A DNA stretch of 64,000 nucleotides from Macrostomum lignano. Lineage: Eukaryota. The stretch covers positions 558,001-622,000 of the forward strand of contig NIVC01000151.1 in the NCBI GenBank assembly GCA_002269645.1, written 5' to 3'. The position numbers and the translations under genes were made by a program. Shown here in pieces: positions 11,421-22,620 of this stretch (its first letter is position 1; every line of letters starts with the position of its first letter). Under the pieces are notes generated by a model. That model was given only the letters and a program-made list of their open reading frames with translations, did not search any database and was not told the DNA's origin.

Positions 11421-12514
11421 CGGTGATTTAGTTGTGTTGGAAAGGTTCGACTTACCGCTTATTGAAGTCGGCTCCAAATGCGAAACTGTGTGGCTCTGTT
11501 ATGCGGCTTATTGCCCGATTTGGGAAGAATTTGTTATTTTAGTTTTGTTTTACACTCCGTTTTTTTGCTTTTGCTTAGTTGCATCTCTGTCACTTTTTGT
11601 TTGTTTTTTTTAACAAATTTCTGTATTCGTCTTTCCAGAGTGTACCCGTATTTGCTATCAGTGTTGCGTTTTGCTGGCGGCGCATTTCAAACGTTTTTGT
11701 TGCTTTTGTTTGCCATTTTGGCATCTGCATGGTATTCTCATTGGTTGCTTTTTGTTTTATTAATATGCTGTTTGGCTTTTGTTTTTTGCTTGGCCAACTT
11801 CACTGCTGCAGTGTAGTGTTGTGTTATTCTATTCGAATTTCATTATTAAAATAATTTTTTAAATCAGCCATCTGCTGATTCAGTTTTGAGCTCCCAGCCT
11901 TGACCGGAACTATAATATTTGTATTTGCATTCTTGTTTCAAACCTCACCTGTGTTTTCGCCTGTCTTCAACAGTAAGCATTCCCAGATAGAACTCTCATC
12001 AAGTTGGTCCCGTTTTTACACCTCCATATCGAGCCCAGTGGCACACTTGCCTACCTACAGTAGTATGTTAATTGCATGACGCACGGTAAATGCAGTTTTT
12101 TGTTGGAGTAATTTTGGCAAACAGATTATCGACCCTTTTTACGAGCGTAATGTGGCGACAGATTTTACTTCACCGATCAGCTTTGGCCTTTCATTTTTTG
12201 TCTGACTCACAATGAAGCAGTTCATTTTGTCTTCTCTTCTTTGATTTCCAATGTTTTGCTAGGATTGCAACTCGTTGCGTCTTTCGCCCCTCACTCAGTT
12301 TTGACTCGTTTTGTATCCGCGTTTGAGTATCTGAATCCGATCAGATGTTTCAGTTTTTCCAGTGCCAAGCAGGAAATACATCCGATTAGCCCTTGTTACG
12401 TTTGGAAGTTGCCAATTTTAAACAAATGTCCTTTTCTTTTAAAGTCTTTTTAAATACTCGTACTTGATGACGCTGCAACCTACGATTTACACTCCTAGAA
12501 TGTCCTAATACACA

Positions 12515-12920
12515 ATGGGATTCCCTGCGACAGCGTACATACTTAGGATTCCCCCGTTCCCCGCTACAATGTACATACTTGGGATTCCCCCGTTCCCCGC
12601 TACGGTGTACACATTTGGGATTCCCCCTCCCCCCTGCAGTGTACACTTGGAATTCCCCCGTTCCCCGCTGCAGTGTACGCATTTGGGATTCCCCGATCCT
12701 CATTAGAATGTACGCACTTGGGAACTGAAAGTCCTCGATGCAGTGTACGTATATATAAGCCGAGTTGCAAATTAAGCTTCAAATACGGGGTGCGAGTAGC
12801 GGCCCCCACAGTGCTAGCAATTGCAGCCGTGCCATTGTCTGTAACACCTGGCACCTTGCACTGGGTTCAGGCTTATTTCTAAATCTATTGTGTACACACC
12901 TGGATTCCCCGTCACAATGT
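12515..12920. repeat. Degenerate about 33-bp tandem repeat
   Basis: Recurrent TGTACAC..TTGGGATTCCCCCGTTCCCCGCT..AG units. Confidence 0.7.
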
Positions 12921-13077
12921 ACATGTTTAGATTGGGCATTGTCATAATTAGTTCATGCGAGCCTAGTGAATTTGATAAGACGCTTGTGGATTCACCAGCA
13001 TGCTCAGATCATTCAATCACACGCCTTCGCATCGCCGCATTCTTCATCCCCCCCCCCCCCAGTCTGGCCCGGTAGCC

Positions 13078-13671
13078 ATGGCAACCCAGCCTCGCACACC
13101 CGGCATCATCACCGTTTGCGCGGTCCAATCAGCTAACAGCGAGCCGCTTCAGCGCTGCCTCTGGCCGCTGCTGGCCGGCGACGTCTTCGGCCCCGGCCGG
13201 CCTGTCCGGCTGCGCCTGTGCGACCCGGCCGGCCTGTCCGCCTGCCGGGACCTGGCGGCCGGCCTGCTGGATTCCGGCCTGGCGCCCGGACCCGGCCACG
13301 GCCTGCTGGTCACGGACAGCCTGTCGGCTGGGCTGGAGGGCGCCGACTTCTGTCTGCTGCGGCCGGCCGACCTGGCCTGGGCGGCGGTGCGGCCGCTGTG
13401 CCGGCAGCTGCGGCTTCAGGCGGGCCAGGCGCGGCTGGTGGCGCTGCTCAGCGGCGGCGGCGGGCGAGGCGATGAAGCGGAGAAGCTGGCCGAGCTTCGG
13501 CGCTGCGGCCTGCCGGTCAGCGAGCTGTCGGAGTGTCCGGGCGGCCGGCGGGGCTTGGCCGACTGCCAGCGGCTCTGCCGCCTGCTGTCCGAATTGGAGG
13601 CGCGGCCGGCCAAGCTGTCCGAGGAACTGCCGCCTGCTCCGGCTCCGCTGCTGCTCCCAGCTCGCATATGA
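13078..13671 (+). CDS. Divergent, truncated malate-dehydrogenase-like protein (MDH1/MDH1B N-terminal-like), 197 aa
   Basis: GCCATGG start; LWPLLAGDVFGPGRPVRLRLCD resembles the cytosolic MDH motif IASGxVFGxDQPVxLxLLD; VTDSLSAGLEGADFCLL resembles the following strand. No catalytic C-terminal domain seen. Confidence 0.5.
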   Translation: MATQPRTPGIITVCAVQSANSEPLQRCLWPLLAGDVFGPGRPVRLRLCDPAGLSACRDLAAGLLDSGLAPGPGHGLLVTDSLSAGLEGADFCLLRPADLAWAAVRPLCRQLRLQAGQARLVALLSGGGGRGDEAEKLAELRRCGLPVSELSECPGGRRGLADCQRLCRLLSELEARPAKLSEELPPAPAPLLLPARI

Positions 13672-14271
13672 GCTGCATTCTGACAGATACGAACCAAGGA
13701 CCGCTGAGTAGCAGGAGAACTATGCGGCTGAACATGTTTACACATAAATTGCGCACTGGGAAATGTTAAAAACTAGAAGGCCCAATTTTAATAAATGCAG
13801 ATTGAACTCGCCGAACTTCTGTGCTCACGAACCCGAGGCATGCGCGAGTAGCGCGTGTTTCTAATCAGAATCAGAATAAAGCCACCGAACCGCATGGGGT
13901 CCAAATAGGTCCAAATCTAAATGCAGAGAATGTCAGGCAAGCATGAAATCCATTGGACCTTTCACTCATGATCCAGCACTACTGATGTCCAGAAATTGGC
14001 TGTGGCTATAGGTAAACTATTCAATTTATCGCTGTCCTTCGCTGATTTATTCATCTACTGTCAACTTTGACTTTGATTGTAAATGCGCTTTTTTCATTAC
14101 TAATTGCTTTGTATTTGGCTGAACAAATTATTTTAATTTTTGTTGCAACCAGATTGACTTTGAATCGGCCAGGCCCCGAGTGCCCAGCCACTGTATTTGA
14201 TTCTGCCGTTCCTTCAAATTAGATACCTGATTTCTTATTCAGGCTCTCGTGCACTTATAATGCTTCATTTA

Positions 14272-14985
14272 TCTCACCCTACCAGCCTTAGATCTCGCCC
14301 CACCAGCCTTAGAGCTCACCCTACCACTCCTTGGTCTCACCCCATCAGCCTTAGAGACCATCCTACCAGCCTTAGATCTCACCATAAAAGTCTTAGATCT
14401 CACCCTACCAGCTTTACCGGTAGATCTCACCCTACTAGCTTTATATCTCAACCTACCAGCTTTAGATCTCACCCTACCAGCTTTACATCTCACCCTACCA
14501 GCCTTAGATCTCACCCTAGCAACCTTAGATCTCACCCTAGCAGCCTTAGATATCACCCTAGCAACCTTAGATCTCACCCTAGCAGCCTTAGATCTCACCC
14601 TACTAGCTTTATATCTCAACCTACCAGCTTTAGATCTCACCCTACCAGCTTTACATCTCATCCTACCAGCCTTAGATCTCACCCTAGCAACCTTAGATCT
14701 CACCCTACCAGCTTTAGATCTCACCCTAGCAACCTTAGATCTCACCCTACCAGCTTTACATCTCATTCTACCAGCTTTAGATCTCACCCTAGCAACCTTA
14801 GATCTCACCCTACCAGCTTTACATCTCATTCTACCAGCCTTAGATCTCACCCTAGCAACCTTAGATCTCACCCTACCAGCTTTAGATCTCACCCTAGCAA
14901 CCTTAGATCTCACCCTACCAGCTTTAGATCTCACCCTACCAGCTTTTGATCTCACCCTACTAGCCTTCGATCTCATCCTACCAGT
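14272..14985. repeat. 21-bp minisatellite upstream of the DNAJC28 acceptor
   Basis: Unit AGATCTCACCCTACCAGCTTT and variants, about 34 copies. Confidence 0.95.
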
Positions 14986-15028
14986 CCCAAATCTAATCTA
15001 ATCTAACAATCTAATTTATCTCTTTCAG

Positions 15029-16683
15029 CTCGCGCACCGGCGCTCGGACATCTTGGCGAACCTCTGCCGATCGTCCATCCAGTCGCCGGTGCACCGGACG
15101 CCGCTTCTGCTTACCGCGGCCTCGGCCGCCAGATGGCGGTGCTCGAGCAGCGGCGCCGCTGCCGGTGACCCGTCGGCCAGGCTGGCCCGCGCCTACGCCG
15201 CCCTGGGCGTGGCCGCCGATGCTACCGACGCCGAGCTGAAGGCCGCCTTCGTCCAGCTGGCCAAGCTGCACCACCCGGACGCGGCCGGCGACGGCGGAAG
15301 CACCGCCAAGTTCATCGAGGCGCAGGACGCCTACGCGCTGGCCGCTCGGCACCGCCGGCAGAGCGGCAGCGGTGGCTTGACGGAGGAATTCTCAGTTGAG
15401 GCGGCCACGGAGGAGGCGCTGGGCCGGTTCGACATTCGGCACACGGCGCCGCAGCACCGGCAGTACTTGGAGTTCGACGGCATCGGCTCCGGGACGCCGT
15501 CGGAGCGGCAGCGGCAGCGGGAGCAGTGGCGGGTGCACCGGGCCGTCGAGAATGTCCGCGAGTTCCGCATCGCCCGCCTGCAGCAGGAGGCGGCCGCCGC
15601 TTCCGGCACTGCCGTGGCCACCGCGGCGCCGTCATTGAAGAGCTCGGAGCGCCGGTCGGCGAAGAATTTCCGGACGCACTCGCTGATTGACAGGCTGGTG
15701 GAGGATCTCATTCAGGTGCGGCCCGAAGTGCTTTGAAATCCAAGCTAGCTGTTTTCTAGGAAGAGAAATATCCCTGTAAGAGCGTCTGGCAGCCCGCTGA
15801 AGGTCTAGGAAAGGCAGCCCGCTGAAGGCTAGCAGAGGCAGCCCGCTGAAGGCTAGGAGAGGCAGCCCGCTGAAGGCTAGCAGAGGCAGCCCGCTGAAGG
15901 CTAGGAGAGGCAGCCCGCTGAAGGCTAGCAGAGGCAGCCCGCTGAAGGCTAGGAGAGGCAGCCCGCTGAAGGCTAGCAGAGGCAGCCCGCTGAAGGCTAG
16001 GAGAGGCAGCCCGCTGAAGGCTAGCAGAGGCAGCCCGCTGAAGGCTAGCAGGGAGCGGGAGTCCAAGCGCGGGAGCGGTACCCGACGCCTCCTCCGCCGC
16101 CCCCACGCAGGACTCGGTGAGCCGCGGCGAGCTGCAGAGCTGCCGGTACTTCGGCAAGCCGCTGCCGGACCGCACAGCTGGGGGCAACGCGGACCCGTTC
16201 GCGGACTCGATGACGCACAAGCTCAACTCCATCCTGGCCAGCAACGGCTACGAGCCCGAATGGCTGCTTCTGGACAAGGCTGTCCGCGCCGGCGCCGCCG
16301 AGATCCGCAACCGGCTGACCGATGCCCGCAGTCGCCTCGGCCGCTGGCCGTTCAGCGAGGCGGACTCGGCCGCCTGGGAGCGAGCGCTGGCCGACTGCGC
16401 CGCGACAGTGTCCGAGCTCAACCAGCAGGTGGACCAGCTCAATCTGACGGTGCCCACCCTGCAGCAGCAGCGCTGCCACTACCGGCTGGACAGCCTGGCC
16501 CGGCCAATCGCCCAGGACAACTCGCTGGCTCACAGCTGGCGGCCGCCTGTGCGACCCCAGCAGCAGCGGCAGCGGCTGGAACTTGACGCTTTCAGCACTG
16601 CCGATCTGTTCTCCCTGAGCACCCTGCGGCAGGCTTGGGCCGACCTGCGGGATGCTCTGTTCAAGGGCTCTAAGGAGAGCTGA
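15029..16683 (+). CDS. DNAJC28: DnaJ homolog subfamily C member 28 (J domain + DUF1992-like region); start codon not in these exons
   Basis: Exons 15029-15715 and 16111-16683 joined by a phase-0 GT-AG intron. J domain with HPD motif; TAPQHRQYLEFDGIGSGTPSERQRQ; IDRLVEDLIQ|DSVSRGEL..GKPL..DSMTHKLNSILASNGYEPEW. Confidence 0.9.
15787..16050. repeat. 24-bp intronic minisatellite with alternating variants
   Basis: GGCAGCCCGCTGAAGGCTAG(C/G)AGA, C and G variants alternating, inside the DNAJC28 intron. Confidence 0.95.
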
Positions 16684-16689
16684 CTGGCT

Positions 16690-17305
16690 GACCGGTTGGG
16701 GTGGGTGCTGGTGCCATGACGGGTTGGGTGGGTGCCGGTGCCATGACCGGTTGGGGTGGGTGCCGGTGCCATGACCGGTTGGGGTGGGTGCCGGTGCCAT
16801 GACGGGTTGGGGTGGGTGCCGGTGCCATGACTGGTTGGGGTGGGTGCCGGTGCCAGCGGCTCTGACGGGTTGGGGTGGGTGCCGGTGCCATGACTGGTTG
16901 GGGTGGGTGCCGGTGCCATGACTGGTTGGGGTGGGTGCCGGTGCCATGACTGGTTGGGGTGGGTGCCGATGCCATGACTGGTTGGGGTGGGTGCCGGTGC
17001 CATGACGGGTTGGGTGGGTGCTGGTGCCATGACGGGCTTGGGTGGGTGCTGGTGCCATGACGCGCTTGGGTGGGTGCTGGTGCCATACGGGCTTGGGTGG
17101 GTGCTGGTGCCATGACGGGCTTGGGTGGGTGCTGGTGCCATGACGCGCTTGGGTGGGTGCTGGTGCCATACGGGCTTGGGTGGGTGCTGGTGCCATGACG
17201 GGCTTGGGTGGGTGCTGGTGCCATACGGGCTTGGGTGGGTGCTGGTGCCATGACGGGCTTGGGTGGGTGCTGGTGCCATGACGGGCTTGGGTGGGTGCTG
17301 GTGCT
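16690..17305. repeat. G-rich 27/28-bp minisatellite just after the DNAJC28 stop
   Basis: GGTTGGGGTGGGTGCCGGTGCCATGACT changing to GGGCTTGGGTGGGTGCTGGTGCCATGAC. Confidence 0.95.
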
Positions 17306-17776
17306 AGCGGCTCCAGCTTAATGCGCCAGCCTCTACTCGCACACGATGGAGAGAGTGTGGTTACTACTCTATCATCAGGGGGTTTAAAGTCCCTGACGGC
17401 TCACCTGGTGTTGGTACAGATGTACACATGCACACTTGACCAACCAGTCAGCCTGCCTATTCAACCACAGTTACTATGGTAGCTGTGATCATGTAACGCA
17501 TGATGTTTTTGTTTGGCCCGCACTAATGTACTCACCCATGTGTACTCGAGCGGAACTGATTTGTACAGTATTATTTGCTCTTTAGCTAGACCACGTTGGA
17601 ATAAGCAAATAAATTTTAACACTGACGATTTTGACACTTTAACACTGATGGATAATCCAGCCATCCAGGGCTACAATTGAGGTTCGCCTGAGTATCCTTA
17701 TTATTTTCTGTTGAGAAAGGTTCGGCTCCCAGCTGTTACTTTGTAAACAGTAAGTCATTTCAGCCACTTCAGCGCT

Positions 17777-17910
17777 CCAGTCGCTTGAGCCCCCGTGCAG
17801 GGGAATCCCAGTCGCTTGAGCCCCCGTGCAGGGGAATCCCAGTCGCTTGAGCCCCCGTGCAGGGGAATCCCAGTCGCTTGAGCCCCCGTGCAGGGGAATC
17901 CCAGTCGCTT
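17777..17910. repeat. 31-bp tandem repeat, about 4.3 copies
   Basis: CCAGTCGCTTGAGCCCCCGTGCAGGGGAATC, identical copies. Confidence 0.95.
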
Positions 17911-18657
17911 CAGGCTCATCGCACCTGGTCAGCCATAGAATCCAGGAAGGCGTACATGTGCATCGGCTTCTATTCGAATAGCCAGGAACAGGTTATAATT
18001 CTCATGCTAGGATTTGGCATCCAGGACCTGACGAATGCTTGGCTGTTATTCACTCGGTCGTCACCAAGCCAAGGACCGCCCTGACACGGGCGCTGCATTG
18101 TTTCTAAGATAAAAAGCTTTATTGCTCACGTATATTTGAAGAAATACATTGCCAAGATAAGCGAGCGATAGTTTATTTGTTGAATTCAGCAGTTTGTGGG
18201 ACTTCAGATATTTAGGGAATAGAAAATTAACTCTTGATTCCAACTGCTAGGTTCAGTGTAAAAACGTTTTCTGTTGGAGACGTAGACGGTCAGAAGTTTT
18301 CTAAGAATCCTTCTAATGGTCTGGGATAAACACTGCCGCTGCGTGGGTGACATTATCCACCCACCGCCACCCACACCCGTATTTACAGCCGGACTGACGG
18401 ACCCCATTCTGCTGGTAGCATCAGCCCCTCCCGGGTGGCCCCGCCCAGACCGGTGCAGTGAGCCGCCTACAGCTGAATTGGCCTGCCTGATTTCACCGGA
18501 TTGCAGAGCCAGCAGCTTCTACTGGCATAGCCCTGTGCGATGGATGGCTCTGCACTTCGATGCGCCTCGCATGCATCAACCAACTGCTAGAAGCACGAGC
18601 GCAAAACGCATCGCTCATTGGGTCTTTTAGTTTGAAACTGCTGTGCGGTCACTGCGG

Positions 18658-21275
18658 TCACTTCCCCGCCGCCGGGGCCTCGCCCGCGCCGCCGCCGCCC
18701 TTGAACTTGACGCGCACGAAACTCTCCGGCACCTCAACGCCGTGCACCGCGCAGTTGTAGAAGGTCATCTCCGACTTGCTGTCGGCGCCACCCTCCGCAG
18801 CCTCCTGGCCGATGCTGCCTTCCTCATCGTCCTCCTCCGAATCGGAGACGAAGACCTCGGACAGGCCGGCCACGGAGCTGGGCCGGCTGCCGCAGCTGGT
18901 GGACGGGTGGCGCTGGTGCGGCTGGTGCGGCTGCTGGCCGGACCGGATCGACGGGGCTAGCGAGGCGAACGGGCTGGCGGCCTGGGAGGCGGTGGCGCCC
19001 TCCAGCCAGCGCTGCACGGGGTGCTTGGTGGACTCGCGCACCTGTGCGAGCTTGCAGCGCAGCGACCACTCGGACTCGATCACCTGCCGAGGGGGCCACA
19101 GCGTCAGCTAAATTCATTGAATATAAAATCAGGACGACTGGAGTAGGACGGGGCAGTGAAGTTTCTAAGAAAATCTGTGAAGGCCAGGTTTATGCAAAAA
19201 TACACTGCAGAGATGGGAAATTTTCGGCACACAAATAGCAACATATCTGAATAAAAAGCAGAGCGAGTTGCATTGCTTCACCGGGTTTTGTAAAGCTTTC
19301 TTCGTCAACAAGGCAGCCTTCAAAGTCGCTTTAAGAAAGGAACGATTCGCAGATCCCTCGTAAAATGTGCAGATTTTACTGGATGCCATGTACGAGGGCA
19401 GTCCAAAAAGTAGTGTTAATTTTCATTATCTCTTGTTCTGCTGATCCAAATAACATCATTTTGCACAGATTTATAGCGGCAACTCTCTTCTTTATTTTAA
19501 CTTTAACATCATTAAAAACAGACAATGGAAACAAAAGTTATAATAAACTAAAATGTAGCAGGACCTTGAGAATAGACTTACAGTAAGTAGGCAAGTTAAC
19601 AAAAATTCGAAGTGGTAGCTGACAAATGGGTAACTGGCCGCAGTGAATGCTGCAAAATGACTCCGGTAAATGACTGCTAAGACCCATGAGCCGATGAAGT
19701 TGAGCATGAATCTCGGCTCAACTGTCCCCCGTCCCCCAAAGGGTGTATATCACACTCCTCTGAGCAACACTTGAATGCACATCGAGGAATTTTAGCGCAG
19801 AAAAGAGGGAACAAACAGCAATAAAGCTGAAGCCCAGTTTAAAATATTCTGTTGCTTTAAAAGCTATATGCTTCTCCAAGTGTTTACATACATGTAGATA
19901 TCTCTTTGTCACAGCAGCCTAACAAAGAAGTCTGAGTGCATTCAATCAAAAGTACTTTCGCTACTTTCCGCTAACTTGTCGAATTACTGTAAGTCTGGTC
20001 GAGGTCCTGCTACATTTTAGTTCATAACTTTTGTTTACATTGTCTGTTTTTAATGATGTTAAAGTTAAAATAAAGAAGAGAGTTGCCGCTATAAATTTGT
20101 GCAAAATTCAGTTTTCCACATGACTCGCCTTCTGCACTAGACTTCGGAATTGCGCTGGAAATGCAGCTACGTTTTCTGAAGGGGATTTCGCAAGGTTCGC
20201 TGAACCGCACAGCGCTGAATGGCTCTTCGCCAACGGAAAGACCGCACCAGAATGATTGAAACAACTGCATGAAATTTCGGCGGAACTCTGCTTGCTTCCC
20301 CGTCTCCAATGCCAGCCTTTTCCCGGGGGTTGGGGTCAGTCGATCCCCTTGACCCCTACCCCTGGATCCGCCAGTGAGTTCAAGCTCCGAGTTTGAGATG
20401 CATTTGAGCAATGTAATAACTATACTAAGGGCTATACTATAACTATACTATCGGGAGGGGGAGGTCAAAGGACTCCCTTGACCCCCTTGGATCCGCCAAT
20501 ACCGTGGTCTTCAGTAGCATTTCAAGCGAATATACATGTAGCTTGATAATTTGAGTGCACAGCTCAAACGAAACGCATGCTTGCTCTATTTGAAATTCGG
20601 AAGGTGATTTTAATTGCCAGTGGGCGTCCATTCTTAGCCGTCCATGGTTGCCCATGGTTGTTGGCTGCAGCCGCTCACCTGCGATTCGAGGCTCTCCAGC
20701 CTCTGCAGCTCCGGAGGCTGCTGCGGCTGAGGCGTTTGACTCTCGGCTTCCGCCGCAAGCGCCGCATCCCCGGCTTCATCCGCTGCCTCCGTCTGGCGGT
20801 CCTCCTCGTCCGCCGCGGCCAGCAGGAGGACTTTATTGGCGTAGGCCTCGCCCAGGTCGTGATAGACCGGCTGCCGCTCGTCGTCAAGGACGCTGAGAAT
20901 CTCCAGGTAGGCGGCCATGGCCAGTTCGTTGCGCAGTGTGGCCTCGTCCGGCTCCTGGAAGTCCGTCTGGCTGGCCACGGAGCGCTGCAGGCCGGTGTCG
21001 CTGAGGTCTGCCATGCTTTGGGCGCTGCGCTGGGGGAGTTGGCCGCGGCCTGCCAGTTTTATCCTGGCGCATGACGCATGCTGCTGGAAGTCTTCCCAAC
21101 CTACCCGGCCCCTCTCTGCCCCAAAAACCGCCAGCCCTGTGTGCCAATGTGCGTCTCGGCGCGGGGCTGCGTCGGGAATTTCTCTGGACCCCTGTGACTC
21201 GCCATGCAGTTCGCTGTCGGGCGGCCGCTGCTGCAGATCGATGCCCCTTCCGTGCAGAGCAACCTGTAGCAACAT
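18658..21275 (-). CDS. Uncharacterised spliced protein (at least 2 exons); 5' end uncertain
   Basis: Exon ending at 20679 (CAG|GTGAGC) joins in phase 0 to exon 19083-18658 (CCCCCTCGGCAG|GTG), giving ..LESLESQ|VIESEWSLRC... Coding-like codon usage with an acidic stretch; no family recognised. Confidence 0.6.
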
Positions 21276-21924
21276 CACGTGTTGGCACGGACCGGCCTGT
21301 ACACCAGGCTGGCTGATCTGGGGAACGGAGGTCCACTGGAAGGGAAACATATGGGAAAATTCCAGGTGCAGAAAGCGGGAGATGCTGGTGGAAGTGAAAG
21401 GAAAGAAAGGAAAAGACAGAGCAGAACACGACTGACAGGACAGATAGGACAGGACACGACTGACAGGACAGGACAGGAAGGGTCAGACAGGGTTAGACAG
21501 TCACTCGTACACGCCACAAGGGCAAGACAAATGCAGTGTCAGACAGGGACGCCTTCCTCAGTGCTGTAAGCTGATCTCAGGCGTGCGGGCTGAACACGTC
21601 GGTTGTTCGAATCCTGGAGGATACCTGCGCATGCAGTTGGCTGTGATGGAATGGTCGTAAGACAAAATTCCTATGAAGCGTTAAAATAAAGAGTCCTCAC
21701 TTTTTAACACATGCTCTCGTTATAACAAAAATCTTAACGGTAAATCGTAATTATAAACTAACGATTTCTAATTTTTCTACTTTACAAATTCAAGTTTGCT
21801 AAATAGACTAATTAAAAAATATCTTAACGACAGTCCGTAAGTATTAATGAAAACTCCTATGAAAAGATCTGGTCTGGGTGCGAGAGGGTGAGACAGGGAG
21901 AGTAGAATGGAGAGAAAGGTAGAG

Positions 21925-22400
21925 AGAGTGAGACACAGAGACTGAGGCAGGGAGAGTGAGACACAGAGACTGAGGCAGGGAGAGTGAGACACAGAGACTG
22001 AGGCAGGGAGAGTGAGACAGAGACTGAGGCAGGGAGAGTGAGACAGAGACTGAGGCAGGGAGAGTGAGACAGAGACTGAGGCAGGGAGAGTGAGACACAG
22101 AGACTGAGGCAGGGAGAGTGAGACACAGAGACTGAGGCAGGGAGAGTGAGACACAGAGACTGAGGCAGGGAGAGTGAGACAGAGACTGAGGCAGGGAGAG
22201 TGAGACAGAGACTGAGGCAGGGAGAGTGAGACAGAGACTGAGGCAGGGAGAGTGAGACACAGAGACTGAGGCAGGGAGAGTGAGACACAGAGACTGAGGC
22301 AGGGAGAGTGAGACACAGAGACTGAGGCAGGGAGAGTGAGACACAGAGACTGAGGCAGGGAGAGTGAGACACAGTGACTGAGGCAGGGAGAGTGAGACAA
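21925..22400. repeat. 28/30-bp purine-rich minisatellite
   Basis: GAGACTGAGGCAGGGAGAGTGAGAC(AC)A units. Confidence 0.95.
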
Positions 22401-22620
22401 AGACAGAGAGTGAGACAGAGGCCGAGTGGGATAAGGCGTTGACTGCCAGTCAAACTTCAAGCCAATAGCCGTCAATCAGCAGCAGCTCAGCCTGTTGTCC
22501 ATCGACTCCGTCCCGGAGCTGCCTCAACTCGATTCGCTGGCGCGGCTCCACATCCTCCTCACCAGCTTAAGTCAGGTGGTGCCTGAGCGCCTCCTCGCGG
22601 ACCGGCAAGCAGCTCAAGGC

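Noticed and set aside
11478-11854. Hydrophobic ORFs after the 9801 gene
   Set aside because: Non-ATG starts in T-rich sequence typical of a 3' UTR.
14197-14976. ORFs on both strands (SHPTS/VRSKA repeats)
   Set aside because: By-products of a stop-free 21-bp array with no unique coding flanks.
16045-17279. Several long minus-strand Pro/His-rich ORFs
   Set aside because: They run through the 28-bp array and antisense to DNAJC28 exon 2.
21777-22475. Three-frame minus-strand SLSLPQ ORFs
   Set aside because: Translation of a purine-rich minisatellite.
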